DNA of 60,958 nt, the filler included. It is 4 parts of 4 records of this genome, joined end to end, with 100 filler letters (N's around TTAATTAATTAA, not from the genome) between each part and the next. Parts side by side here need not be neighbours in the genome. Positions count along the whole stretch, not along the records: positions 1 to 15,135 come from SRR31156797_2289; positions 15,236 to 40,507 come from SRR31156797_2306; 2 more parts are not named here. One strand, given 5' to 3'. Positions 10,711 through 22,153 of this stretch are shown one piece after another. Every line of letters begins with the position of its first letter. Within the stretch, counting starts at the first letter, position 1. The position numbers and the translations under genes are program-made. The notes under the pieces are model-generated. The model had not been told where the DNA came from and did not search any database. It saw only the letters and a program-made list of their open reading frames with translations.

Positions 10711-11320
10711 TACTCGAATAGATGGTGAACAACAGTCTCCACTATTTATTTTTGCACATGGCGCTGGTGCAGATATGGACCATGAGTTTATGCTGCAAGT
10801 TGCTACTGGGTTAGCGAAAAACGGAATCCGTGTCGTACGTTTTAACTTTCCTTATATGGTCAAGCGAGCAGAAGACGGTAAGCGTCGCCCACCAGACAGA
10901 GCGCCTAAGTTGCTTGAAGCTTATGAAGAGATACTAAAAGAGTATGCGAGCAAACCTGTCGTTATTGGAGGTAAATCGATGGGGGGAAGGATGTCTTCAT
11001 TATTGAGTGGGCACCCTTCTGTTAGAGCGATTGCCTGCTTAGGTTTTCCTTTTCACCCGCCAGGGAAACCAGAAAAATACAAAGGTGAGCATTTAGCCTC
11101 TTTGGCAAAGCCGTGCCTTATTCTCCAAGGAGAGCGCGATACGTTTGGTAAAAAAGAAGAGTGCCAGAGTTTTGAGTTTAGCGAACACGTTCAGTTACAG
11201 TTCATTCCTGATGGCGACCATAGCTTCAAACCGCGGAAATCTTCCGGTCATACAGAAAGCGGTAATATAGAGCTTGCGGTGAAGTACTTGAGTGAGTTCA
11301 TCTTAGCAAATCAGGATTAG
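10703..11320 (+). CDS. Alpha/beta hydrolase (KANSL3/Tex30-like)
   Basis: AHGAGA, GGKSMGGR nucleophile elbow, QGERD and DGDH catalytic Asp/His. Confidence 0.85.
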   Translation: MNNTRIDGEQQSPLFIFAHGAGADMDHEFMLQVATGLAKNGIRVVRFNFPYMVKRAEDGKRRPPDRAPKLLEAYEEILKEYASKPVVIGGKSMGGRMSSLLSGHPSVRAIACLGFPFHPPGKPEKYKGEHLASLAKPCLILQGERDTFGKKEECQSFEFSEHVQLQFIPDGDHSFKPRKSSGHTESGNIELAVKYLSEFILANQD

Positions 11321-11328
11321 AGGAAATA

Positions 11329-11727
11329 ATGAAAAGTAAGTATTTACTATCTTTAGGTGGGCTGTTTTCCGGTATCGCGGTCGCCCTTGGTGCTTTTGCC
11401 GCTCACGGCTTGAAAGCTTATGTGACCCCTTATCACCTAGAGGTGTTTCAAACTGGCGTACAATACCAGTTTATTCATGCGGCAGCATTGATTGTCTGTG
11501 GCATTCTGGTGCATATAGCGCAAACAGAAAAAGTACAAAAATATTTTAGCCGCGCTGCGATTTGCTTTATCATCGGCATCTTTTGTTTTAGTGGCAGCCT
11601 GTATGCGTTAGCGCTGACAGGAATAAAGTGGTTCGGACCGATAACCCCAATGGGTGGTCTACTCTTTATCATTGGCTGGATTTTATTTGTCTTAGCTGCC
11701 GTGAATTTTGATGAGGTGAAACAGTGA
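11329..11727 (+). CDS. ygdD: DUF423 membrane protein
   Basis: [16 protein letters not shown] and GPITPMGG motifs; precedes rlmM. Confidence 0.88.
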   Translation: MKSKYLLSLGGLFSGIAVALGAFAAHGLKAYVTPYHLEVFQTGVQYQFIHAAALIVCGILVHIAQTEKVQKYFSRAAICFIIGIFCFSGSLYALALTGIKWFGPITPMGGLLFIIGWILFVLAAVNFDEVKQ

Positions 11728-12815
11728 AACAAGTGATGCTCTATTGTCGAGCGGGCTTTGAAAAAGAGTGCGCAGGAGAGATCCAGGATAAAGCAACCCA
11801 ACTTGAGGTCTATGGTTTCCCTCGTGTCGCGACCAATTCTGGGTATGTTCTGTTTGAGTGCTATCAGGATGGTGATGCAGATAAGCTGATTAAAAATATC
11901 GATTTTCAGGCGCTGATTTTTTCTCGTCAAATGTTTGCTGTGGCGGCTGAGTTTTCACAACTGCCTAAAGATGACCGTATCTCGCCAATACTTTCAGAGT
12001 TAAGTGATATGGAAGGTTTTCCTTTGTGTGGTGATATCCGTGTTGAAACACCGGACACCAATGAAGCCAAAGAATTGCTTAAGTTCTGCCGTAAGTTCAC
12101 CGTGCCATTGCGTCAGGCTCTGCGTGGTAAAGGGCTGTTAACGAATAAAGACAATGCTAAGAAACCGGTACTGCATGTTTGTTTTGTTGAGTCTGGTCAC
12201 TGTTATGTTGGTTACTCTTATACCCAAAACAACTCAAAGTTCTTCATGGGTATTCCGCGCTTGAAGTTCCCGGCTGATGCACCGAGCCGTTCAACTCTGA
12301 AACTAGAAGAAGCTTTCCATGTCTTTATTCCTCGTGAAGAGTGGGATGAACGGTTAGCTTCAGGTATGTGGGCGGTAGATTTAGGCGCTTGTCCTGGTGG
12401 TTGGACTTACCAATTGGTGAAACGCTCGATGTTCGTTCATGCGATTGATAACGGTATGATGGCAGACAGTTTGATGGAAACCGGTCAGGTCAAACACCAT
12501 ATGGTTGATGGTTTCAAGTTTGAACCACCTCGTAAGAACGTGACCTGGTTGGTTTGTGACATGATTGAAAAGCCTGCACGCGTTGCTCAGTTAATGGGTG
12601 AGTGGATCATCAGTGGTTGGGCGAAAGAAGCCATTTTCAACCTGAAGTTGCCAATGAAAGGCCGCTACGACGAAGTGCTGGAAGATATCGAGAACTTAAA
12701 GATTTTTCTCAAAGAAAATAACGTAAAGTTCAAGTTGCAAGCGAAACATTTGTATCATGACCGTGAAGAAATTACTGTGCATGTGCAGACACTTAAGACG
12801 ATCTCTCCGCACTAA
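11724..12815 (+). CDS. rlmM: 23S rRNA C2498 2'-O-methyltransferase
   Basis: GTG start overlapping the ygdD stop; [24 protein letters not shown] and [11 protein letters not shown] motifs. Confidence 0.96.
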   Translation: MKQVMLYCRAGFEKECAGEIQDKATQLEVYGFPRVATNSGYVLFECYQDGDADKLIKNIDFQALIFSRQMFAVAAEFSQLPKDDRISPILSELSDMEGFPLCGDIRVETPDTNEAKELLKFCRKFTVPLRQALRGKGLLTNKDNAKKPVLHVCFVESGHCYVGYSYTQNNSKFFMGIPRLKFPADAPSRSTLKLEEAFHVFIPREEWDERLASGMWAVDLGACPGGWTYQLVKRSMFVHAIDNGMMADSLMETGQVKHHMVDGFKFEPPRKNVTWLVCDMIEKPARVAQLMGEWIISGWAKEAIFNLKLPMKGRYDEVLEDIENLKIFLKENNVKFKLQAKHLYHDREEITVHVQTLKTISPH

Positions 12816-12831
12816 TTCCCGTCTGAATTGT

Positions 12832-12860
12832 AAAAAAACGCGCTTTAAAGCGCGTTTTTT
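12832..12860. terminator. Bidirectional terminator between rlmM and xni
   Basis: AAAAAAACGCGCTTTAAAGCGCGTTTTTT perfect palindrome. Confidence 0.88.
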
Positions 12861-12867
12861 GTATCAG

Positions 12868-13638
12868 TTAATCTTTGTTATACCGAATATCCTGCAGATT
12901 AAAGCCAAGCTCTATATCGGTTTTGAGGGTTGAAATTTGTTTGCAGATTCTCGCCATCTCTATGTGTTCATCGAGCTTTTTACGATACTTAGGTGCAAGT
13001 TCTTCACTGGCATAAGCTTGTTCAATATCGGCAAACTGGGTCAGAATTTCTTTGGCGGCTTTAGGGCCAATACCTGCCACTCCGGGAACCTGGCTAGAGC
13101 TCACACCGGTTAATCCCCAATAGTCGGCTAGTTGAGAAGGTTTCACACCAAACTCATTTTCTATAAAAGGCGCATCCAGCCAGCGATGCTGGAAGTAATC
13201 TCTGATCTGTAAAGTCGGAGAGAGAAGCTGGCAGTAACCTTTATCGGTTGAGATGATGGTCACTTTCTCATTATGACTCGCTACTTTGCATGCCAGTGTT
13301 GCCACGAGATCGTCCGCTTCATCGCCTTCTGAAAGCAGGGAATCAATACCTAGCTCCCACCATGCCTGTTGAATCGCATCTAATCCTTGCTGCAGAGGTT
13401 CTGGCATCGGCTTTCTTCCTTCTTTATATGAAGGTAAAAGCTCTGCTCTCCAGCCTCTATCTTGTAGGTGATGATCAAATACGGCGATGATATGCGTGGG
13501 TTCAGATTCGTTGATGATTCGCTGGAGCGTGCGGGTCGTTGTGTTTATGGTTCGCTCAATATCGGTTGGATCGGGCTGTGCCGAATGAACGCGACGGATG
13601 AGGTTGAGAGCATCAATAATGACAAGATGGATAGACAT
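12868..13638 (-). CDS. xni: Flap endonuclease Xni (ExoIX/YgdG)
   Basis: LVIIDALNLIRR, EADDLVATLA, STDKGYCQL and GVAGIGPKAA H3TH motif; ATG 13638 preferred as start. Confidence 0.93.
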   Translation of the reverse strand: MSIHLVIIDALNLIRRVHSAQPDPTDIERTINTTTRTLQRIINESEPTHIIAVFDHHLQDRGWRAELLPSYKEGRKPMPEPLQQGLDAIQQAWWELGIDSLLSEGDEADDLVATLACKVASHNEKVTIISTDKGYCQLLSPTLQIRDYFQHRWLDAPFIENEFGVKPSQLADYWGLTGVSSSQVPGVAGIGPKAAKEILTQFADIEQAYASEELAPKYRKKLDEHIEMARICKQISTLKTDIELGFNLQDIRYNKD

Positions 13639-13704
13639 AAAACACAAAAAATAAGAGGCTATTGCCCCTTATTCTAATGAAATTAAAAGAGATTACTACC
13701 GTGA

Positions 13705-15063
13705 CTAGCTTTCAATACGATAACAAGGAACGTAAGCATTGCCACCTGGCAGTTTCATTCGATCCTGTTCGACGAAATCTCTCAGTAGTTTGTCCATTTT
13801 CTTCATCAACTTAGGATCACCGTGCAGGTTGAACGGGCCATAGCGTTCAATTTCATGAATACCTTCCGACTTGACGTTACCCGCAACGATACCAGAGAAA
13901 GCACGACGTAGATTCGCCGCTAACACTTCCGGGCGTTGGCTTAAATGAAGGTCGAGATTCGCCATGTTTTCATGATTTGGTTCAAACGGTAGCTGGAACT
14001 CTGGTTCGATTTTCAAAGACCAGTTATAGCTATAGGCATCTTCATTATCTTTACGCTGTTGACGAACTTTTGGCATTGCGTTTTTCATGATACGCGCCGC
14101 TTCAGCTGGATCATCAATGATGATGGTGTAATGCTTTTGCGCTTCAGGGCCAAGCGTTTCGCCAATGAACTCGTCGATTGAGCGGAAGTACTCTTCACTT
14201 TCTTTCGGTCCTGTTAATACGATAGGCATTGGTTGAGAGGCATTTTCAGGATGCATCATAATTCCGAGAAGGTATAAAAGCTCTTCTGCTGTACCCGGGC
14301 CGCCAGGGAAAATGATAATACCGTGAGCCATACGAACAAATGCTTCAAGACGTTTTTCAATGTCAGGCATGATGATCAGTTCATTTACGATCGGGTTTGG
14401 TGGCTCTGCGGCAATAATGGAAGGTTCAGTTAAGCCAATATAACGCTTTTCATTGTAACGTTGTTTAGCGTGGCCAATAGCAGCACCTTTCATCGGCCCT
14501 TCCATTGCGCCAGGACCACAGCCAGTACAAATGTTGATTTCGCGTAAGCCTAATTCATTACCTACTTCTCGTGTGTATTGGTACTCAATAGGGTTTATTG
14601 AGTGACCACCCCAGCAGACCACGAGATTTGGAGTGATACCCGGAATCAACGCCCCAGCATTACGCAAGATACCAAAAACTAAGTTGGTAATATGAGTTGA
14701 GCTGGTTAGGTTGAGTTTTTGTCCTTCTGCAATATGCATATTGACGTAAACAATATCGCGCAACACAGAAAACAAGTGTTCTTGAATCCCTTTGATAATG
14801 TGGCCGTCAACAAAGGCATGCTCTGGTGGGTTGGTCAGTTCCAGTTTTACGCCACGTTCACGACGCATTACCGTAATATCAAAATTGAGGTATTTATCCA
14901 GCAACTCTTTAGAGTTATCTGTGTGGCTTCCTGAGTTGAGTACCGCGAGGCTACAGTTGCGGTAAAGTTGGTAAAGATCACTGGATGCAGTTTTTTTTAG
15001 TCGTTCTACTTCCAGTTGCGATAGTAAATCCATACTACCGGCAGGGCTGACTTGAGTGATCAT
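13705..15063 (-). CDS. ppnN: Nucleotide 5'-monophosphate nucleosidase (YgdH)
   Basis: [26 protein letters not shown] and LOG-like [10 protein letters not shown] motifs. Confidence 0.95.
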   Translation of the reverse strand: MITQVSPAGSMDLLSQLEVERLKKTASSDLYQLYRNCSLAVLNSGSHTDNSKELLDKYLNFDITVMRRERGVKLELTNPPEHAFVDGHIIKGIQEHLFSVLRDIVYVNMHIAEGQKLNLTSSTHITNLVFGILRNAGALIPGITPNLVVCWGGHSINPIEYQYTREVGNELGLREINICTGCGPGAMEGPMKGAAIGHAKQRYNEKRYIGLTEPSIIAAEPPNPIVNELIIMPDIEKRLEAFVRMAHGIIIFPGGPGTAEELLYLLGIMMHPENASQPMPIVLTGPKESEEYFRSIDEFIGETLGPEAQKHYTIIIDDPAEAARIMKNAMPKVRQQRKDNEDAYSYNWSLKIEPEFQLPFEPNHENMANLDLHLSQRPEVLAANLRRAFSGIVAGNVKSEGIHEIERYGPFNLHGDPKLMKKMDKLLRDFVEQDRMKLPGGNAYVPCYRIES

Positions 15064-15135
15064 TATCGCCTCCTTAGATGAGAGGTACAGAGAGTTAAGT
15101 TATATAACTCGTTGATGCAGCTCTGAATCCTGCAT

Positions 15136-15235
15136 NNNNNNNNNNNNNNNNNNNNNNNNNNNNNNNNNNNNNNNNNNNNTTAATTAATTAANNNNNNNNN
15201 NNNNNNNNNNNNNNNNNNNNNNNNNNNNNNNNNNN
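15136..15235. other. Artificial contig linker
   Basis: N44-TTAATTAATTAA-N44 (stops in all six frames); gene content and apparent taxonomy change across it. Confidence 0.97.
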
Positions 15236-18200
15236 TTTGTGTAAAGAATAAAGTGCATGGGCATGAATGGATTGTTTTGGTAAACCGGCTCGAAGTATTC
15301 TGTGGTAGCTGTACTTCCCTTGAAGTTTGAAACAGACTTTGTGCCTGGTGTTTCCTCAAACATCAGTGAAGTTGAATCATACACTTTGATGTAATAACCC
15401 TGGCCGTTATCAAAATCACCGATGGTATTGATCCATGTGCCGTTGGGCTCCGGGAAAGGGAGATACTGAATCACTCCACCGGCTTCGTCAATTACCTTGT
15501 AAAGGTTATTTTCAGCAATCAATGGGTCTACTGTTTCAAGCGCATCCTGTGATGTTTCAGCCGGGTATCCCATAATGTTCCAGCCCGATTCAAGCGGAAG
15601 CTCCATGGGGAGTTCAACAGGTAATCCATACATGCTGGTTTCTAGATCTTCACTCACTTTCACGTAATATCCTTCGGCCATTTCCATATCACCTATGGAA
15701 TTATTCCAACGTCCTTCAGGTTCCGGGTAGGGGAGGTAAATCACTGAGCCACCATCTTCATCAATGATCTTTTCCAAAACGCCCATATCGATCAATGGCT
15801 GGAAAATGGTCATCATGTTGGTGTTGAGTGGCTTTGCTCTGGAAGAAACCAGGTTCCATCCCTGGCTCAGGCTCATGGGTTGTGAAATGAGCGCGCTGCC
15901 TTCAAGGTCAACAATAGCTGTTCCAAGTGGGGTAAATACTTCATCAAATCCCGGGTTGGGGAAGTTAACCGAAATATCATCTACCTCTCCGGTGAGCGAA
16001 TTCCATATTCTGAAAATCATTTCGTTTCCTGCAGTAAAGCCGTTGGCCTCATCCGGGTTAGAACCGTCGTTTGCCGAAACGATGATCTCCAGAATATTCT
16101 CCGGCGAAATCGGGTTGATGACTAATCCGGCACCTACGCAGATTTCCTCACCTGAATTCGAATCCACATCAAACACACCAATCTCATCACCCAGGTCAAG
16201 GTCAAGGCTGTCGAGCGTGGCACCCACAACAAAAATGGTCATGGGATTGAATGGGGTTTCCCACACAGGAAAAAAGTTGGAGATGCCCTGCTCAATTACC
16301 ACCAGGTTCACAGGAATATTGGCAACCGAATTGCTGGTGTCGTTCGATGCTATCTCAATGGAACCATTGTACTCAATCGGATCAAGTCCATCGGCATCCA
16401 GCGTAACTGTAATAACAGTGCTGTCGCCGGGAGCGATAGTTCCTGATTCGGGCTCAACGCTGATCCATTGGCCAACACCACCAATATTCACCGTATAATC
16501 TTCAGCTTCACCGAAACTGATGTAACCGCATGGGTCGAATGCAGGATTTATCCATGTACCGAAGGCACGCAGGCGGGTTTCACCAAGTAGTGAACCCTCC
16601 GGGATAGTAATTTGCGTAGTATAAAGTTCTCCGGCCATCTCAAGGTAGAGTCCCTCAACCAGTTTTTCATTTTCTTCAAAAATATCATTCTGATTTAAAT
16701 CCACCCAAACAGTCAGGTAATTATTATGATATCCGGAAGAAACAGTAATGTCATAGGGAATTCCGGCATCCAGTGAAGTGCTCAGGTCGGTGAAGTCGCC
16801 ATAACCATCGAGGCTACAGCCCGAGTTGAGGTTGTTGATCTCACCCAGTTTAAAGTTCGTTAAGCCATCTTCGAAACTGCAATTACCTGAGGGAACACAG
16901 TAATCATCGATACCGTGTGGTGAGTAAACAACCTCTCCCATATTTAATAAATCCTGCCAGTTGTTTCCAAATCTTTCCACGGCCTTTTCATTGTATTCTT
17001 GTTCAGAAAGTTGCTGAGGAATTGGATTGGAACTGGTTTGCGGATTGAAATAACCTGTCAGGTTGAAATTGAGGTCGAGGTTTCCTTCATTGTAAATGGT
17101 TACTTCTCTGGTTGTAGCTTCTCCCATTTCAAGCACGGCTTCGAGGGATTCAGGATTGAATACCAATTCCGGGTTGCCAATAGCCACTTCAACAGGTCCG
17201 GCCGGGTCTGATTCTCCATCATCGTAAACAGCAGATACCGTGTAAAAATAGAATCCTATTTCAAGCCCTTCATCAACATATTCGGTCGCTGTGGTGCTTG
17301 CTATAAAATCATCATCACGGTAAATGTTATATTCATTTACATTGCCGCCAAAGGGCACTTCCCAGGATAGTACGGCATCATTTCCATTGGAAGTTGCTGA
17401 GAGATTTTCGGGTGCAAACATGAAAGTGCCATCAGAAACAGTTGCCAGGGAATATAGGTGTATATTATTTTGGAATTGGCCTACTGGGCTTGCATTACCC
17501 GTTTCGGTGCTGATTATGTATAGCTGTGAAAGGCCGCCAGTAATATTCTGGGTTCCAGCTAAATAAAGTACGTTGGTTGATTTGTCGAAGGAAATATCGC
17601 ATAAGCCAATAAAGTCCTCACCGAAAGGCCCGATTACAGTGGTTTCAGCAGTTTCTTTGTCAATAGCGTGCAACACATCATTATTTGTGTCGATGCCCCA
17701 CAAGTTTCCGTTTCCATCAAAAGAAATGGATAGGATAGCATATCCCAGGTTGGAGAATTCACCGATCAGCGTGGCCTCTCCTGTGCTCATATCATAAATA
17801 TATAGTTTGTCGAAGGTGTTTACATAAAAATCTGAACCGTCAAAAGCAATACCGAAATACTGGAGGTCATTGTCCCAAAGCAAAACCTGCTCACCGGTAG
17901 CCGGATCAAATTCGTAGATGTCGCCGTAATAATCAACACTATAAATCTTATCGCCCGCATAAGTAGCACCAACGAGTGGCGTACCCATGATTGGGATATT
18001 GCTTCCAACGTCAAGCAATGAGCCGGGATCGGAAATATCAAAAGCCACCCAACTGTTATCGAACTGCCCGGCGGGGTCGTAACTTACATATCCATATGTT
18101 GAAACGGGGTTGATCACAACCAGTTCTTTATCTTCACAGTCGTTTTGAGGAAATTCATCATCATCCAATTGCGTGCATACCAACACTTCATACTGTCCCG

Positions 18201-20052
18201 GTTCGGCAGTCCAGCTGTTAAATGTAACTTCGGTTTCTGCTCCCGGTTCAAGGTTATCAACCTGGACTACAGATGAAAAATCGCCAAAGATGAGTTCAAC
18301 CGGAAAGCTTTGCGCTTCGAATCCATAGTTTCTGACCACCGCCTGGGCTGTGAATTCGCCGGCTTCAATCACTTCGGGAAGATCAAACGATTTTACCCCG
18401 ACATTCTTTGCCAGCGGCGTATTGGAAATGAATACGGTGTAATCCTCGGTTTCGCCAAAGCTTGAAGCCTCACATGGATCTAAAGGTTCATGAAGCCATT
18501 CTGCTCTGATGCGAAGGGTTGTTTCTCCATCCAAAGCATCCTCGGGTATTGTGATTTGTGTTTCGTAAAGCACACCGCTATTCAGCAGGTCGAAACCCGT
18601 GATCAGCCGCTCATTTTCATCAAACTCAATGTCCTGGTCAAGGTCAATCCACAGGCTTGCATAATTAGAACTATAGCCAGATGACCATGTGATTGTATAA
18701 GTTTCACCGGCCTGTAAAACTGTTGACAGGTTCGTAAAATCTCCATATCCATTAGGACTACATCCAGAATTCAGGTTTTCTATTTCACCTAATGAAAAAC
18801 TTATAAATCCATCTCCAAAGTTGCAGTTGCTTTGCGGGATACAATAAAACGGGAGTTCGTGGGTAACCTGCCTGGTTTTGCAATCATTATCAGCAAATTC
18901 ATCACCATCAAGATTTGTGCAGGCTGCAATGGAATATGTCTGATCGGGAGTGGATAAGTCCACAGGCTGGTCAAAAGTATATTCAATGGTTTCTCCCGGC
19001 GCAAGCGTTCCTGCAACTGTTCCGGTAATGGCTTCACCTCCGTCAAGGGTAAAGGAAACGGAAATCTCTGATTGGGGGTTGTTTCCGTAATTTCGTACTT
19101 TGATGGTAACAGGTTCGCTTGAAGTTAAGTTTAGCCCCGACAAAGGAGATACGATGCTTTGAACAGCTACATCATTATCAGCGACCACAGTTTGTCCGGC
19201 TTCATAGGCAATAATCGCTTCACCTTGCAACAGGCCCAACAATGAAACCGTGCCCGGGAAAAGATCAGTTGTTATAGCTAAACCGCCGGCTACTGCATCC
19301 GGTAAAATTAAATCATCATTAACACTGAATGTGATGCCTGTTTCAACAATATCCGGTGCACTGTATTGCACAAATGTGGATGCAATCTGACTGAACCCCC
19401 AAAGGAATGGGCTGTCGGGGGAAGTATTGTCATAGGCAAGGCCGTAAAGTGCTGAGTTTAGACCAAGATCATATTGCGCCAAGGTGTTACCACTCCGGTC
19501 AAATTCCACAATAGGTTGACTGAAGTTGCAACCATAAAATACATCATTGTCCTCGTTATATGCAATTCCCCTGAGCAGGTTTGAGGTAATGATCGTTCCG
19601 TTCAGGGTTTGCGTATTGAGATCGATTTCATAAACCAAACTGGAACCATCAGTGGCATAGAGAAATTCTCCGTCCCATGCAAAATCACGATAGTGGCCAA
19701 CATTTGGAATAGTAAAAGAACTGATGAAGTTTCCGCCCAAATCATATTTATCGATACCCACATTATTCCACCTACCAACATAAATAAACTCACCATCCGT
19801 TTCGATGGCAGCTTCACCGCTATTTCCTGATAGTTCAACAAAGAGTTGAAGCTCAAGATCGTTGACTACCTCCGGATTAAATGCAGGCCGATTCGCCATA
19901 CTTTCCTCAACATCGTGAGTTTTATTCAATATTGATCGCTTGAAATCCTCAATTTCAGCATGCGAAACCGGTTGACCGGAATACTGTGCGATGATTGTGA
20001 AGGGCATGAGAAAGATTGCAAATAGAAAAGAATGTAATCGTAAATTATTCAT
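15236..20052 (-). CDS. Very large secreted multidomain protein (2 GEVED domains, CARDB/Ig-like, FN3-like, propeller-like regions); 3'-truncated, probable T9SS cargo
   Basis: Signal peptide MNNLRLHSFLFAIFLMPFTIIA; GETEDY and GEAEDY motifs; APENLSA...YNIYRD...YTVSAVY FN3 signature; the frame runs into the contig end. Confidence 0.85.
16483..18846 (-). repeat. Two diverged copies of an approx. 140-aa GEVED module (approx. 18427-18846 and 16483-16902)
   Basis: YCIPQSNC...GYGDFT...WIDLDQD...GETEDYTV versus YCVPSGNC...GYGDFT...WVDLNQN...GEAEDYTV. Confidence 0.88.
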
Positions 20053-20428
20053 AACATGAAATTATTATGTTTAATAAAATTTAAATTTATATAAACAAGA
20101 CAATGTCAATCCATAAAGGTTCGCCGGATAGGTGAAAATTGGGGCGGGTTTAACTTTTTTTAATGTAAATTTTTGATTTTGTAGATACATAGTGCTTATT
20201 AGAATTTCCGCAAAATCCCGAAGCATGAGATTGTATTGATGTTATGAATCTTATTTTTATGTTTAATAAATTCATCTATTATTTAATCAAAATAGTCACC
20301 CCGGGAATCTGTCAGGAGGCAAAAACCATAGTAATAATAAAGTTGAGTTACGCTAAAAAAGGATTCGCAGCGGGACTTCTCACAATAAAACTGTGTGATT
20401 TCCGTAAAATCTACATCAATTTTCAGGC

Positions 20429-20436
20429 TATCTTTG
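20429..20436 (+). promoter_or_regulatory. Bacteroidota -7 promoter element TAnnTTTG
   Basis: TATCTTTG 22 nt before the ATG; equivalent boxes precede other genes of this contig at 26921(-), 32339(-), 32746(-), 33900(-), 34246(+), 34784(+) and 40309(-). Confidence 0.75.
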
Positions 20437-20458
20437 CCTACTTTAAAATGCATACTAA

Positions 20459-21922
20459 ATGATTAAGCAATCGCTCTCTGCTATTATATTTTTGCTGGTT
20501 TTTACAGCGATTATCATTACTTCATGCCGAAAAGACGATGTTATCGATAACAGCCCGACCATTACACTCGGTTTTTCTTCCGATACACTGATATTCGATA
20601 CGGTATTTTCTACCCTTGGCTCAATTACGGAAGCCATCCGGGTTTATAATCCATCCGATACTAAAATTGAGATTTCATCCATCAGGTTGGCCAAAGGAAA
20701 CAACTCCCGGTATTCCATCAATGTAGATGGAGAGGATGGGAGCGTGTTTAATGATGTGGAAATACGGGGTAACGACAGCATCTATATTTTTGCGAAAGTA
20801 ACCATCGATCCCAACGACGACACCAATCCATTCATCGTAACGGATTCTATCCTGTTCGAAATCAACGGGAATGCGCAGGATGTGGACCTGGTTTCGTGGG
20901 GGCAAAATGCCAGATATATTCTTTGGGATACAGATGTGGAGGGCTTGCCCAGGTATAAAATCGTTGCCGGCGAAGGAGTGGATACTACCTGGACCAGCGA
21001 CCTTCCAATTGTGGTTTACGGATATGCGGTGGTTGATTCTACCGGAAGCCTTACTATCGATGCGGGGACAAATGTGCATTTTCACAACGGTTCAGGGTTG
21101 TGGATATACAAAGGCGGTTCGCTAAAGGTGATGGGCACACAGGAAGAACCGGTGTATTTCCAGGGCGACAGGCTGGAAGGTTTTTACAGCGACCTGCCAG
21201 GGCAGTGGGACCGTATCTGGATAAACGAAGGAGCTGTAGATAATGAGATCAACTGGGCAGTGATTCGAAACGGGTTTATTGGTTTGCAACTGGAGACCCT
21301 GCAGGAATTTATGGGTAATCAGCTTTACCTGAATAACACCATTATCGAGAATATGTCCGGTGCCGGGATTCTTACCCGCTACTATTTTGTGGCCGGACAA
21401 AACTGTGTGATTGCCAACTGCGGTCAATATGCCATGGCACTTACCCTTGGCGGCGGATATGATTTCAGGCACACCACCATTGGTAATTACTGGCAGCATG
21501 GCATCCGGAATACCGAATCGGTTTATTTGAATAACTACTATATCGATCAGGACGACGCTGTCGTGTCCTTCCCTTTTAGCGCCAATATTGCCAATACAGT
21601 TATTTACGGAAATCAAAAAGAAGAACTTGTGCTGGATGACAGTTTAGGCGAATTCTTTTATACTTTTGATCACTGTCTCTTGAAAACCGAAATCGATGTG
21701 GCACAGGATACCAATTTCAAATCAGTGATTCTTAATGAAGATCCGCTTTTTGTAGATGTTGCACTGAACAACCTGCAACCTGATAGCCTGTCTCCGTTAA
21801 TTGGTGCAGGAAACCTTAATATAGCCAATACCGTACCTTTCGATCTGAATGGTAATTCCCGAACTGAACGCCCGGATATTGGAGCTTACCAGTGGATGCC
21901 CGGAGAAGAGGAGAGGAAATAG
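20459..21922 (+). CDS. Bacteroidota lipoprotein with Ig-like and parallel beta-helix domains
   Basis: Lipobox IITSCRKD; FSSDTLIFDTVF, PGQWDRIW and C-terminal DLNGNSR...PDIGAYQ motifs. Confidence 0.8.
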   Translation: MIKQSLSAIIFLLVFTAIIITSCRKDDVIDNSPTITLGFSSDTLIFDTVFSTLGSITEAIRVYNPSDTKIEISSIRLAKGNNSRYSINVDGEDGSVFNDVEIRGNDSIYIFAKVTIDPNDDTNPFIVTDSILFEINGNAQDVDLVSWGQNARYILWDTDVEGLPRYKIVAGEGVDTTWTSDLPIVVYGYAVVDSTGSLTIDAGTNVHFHNGSGLWIYKGGSLKVMGTQEEPVYFQGDRLEGFYSDLPGQWDRIWINEGAVDNEINWAVIRNGFIGLQLETLQEFMGNQLYLNNTIIENMSGAGILTRYYFVAGQNCVIANCGQYAMALTLGGGYDFRHTTIGNYWQHGIRNTESVYLNNYYIDQDDAVVSFPFSANIANTVIYGNQKEELVLDDSLGEFFYTFDHCLLKTEIDVAQDTNFKSVILNEDPLFVDVALNNLQPDSLSPLIGAGNLNIANTVPFDLNGNSRTERPDIGAYQWMPGEEERK

Positions 21923-22153
21923 TTAATGGTTATTGAGTTAATCGTTGTTTGTTGGTGAAAATTGTCAGACAGTTTTTTCAAATTTTGCTTTGTTTCAAAA
22001 AGCTCCATTGTTTATCCAAATAAAGTTTTTAGTGTATAACTGTCTGTCAGTTACCTATCCAAAATAAAATCACTAATTCGCAAAGCTGATTTCAAATAAG
22101 TTTTTTATCCATTGCGCCTCTCCGCCTTTGCGGTTTTTGGATTTTTTGGAATT

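Noticed and set aside
15180-15235. Stop codon at 15184 for the 1622-aa ORF, and TTAATTAATTAA as a biological motif
   Set aside because: Both belong to the artificial linker; the gene is truncated at 15236
20244-20462. 72-aa ORF in the AT-rich intergenic region
   Set aside because: No recognisable motifs, and it overlaps the promoter box of the downstream lipoprotein
21922-22135. Weak GTTAAT-type periodicity and a CGCCTTTGCG motif
   Set aside because: Too short and degenerate to call a repeat array
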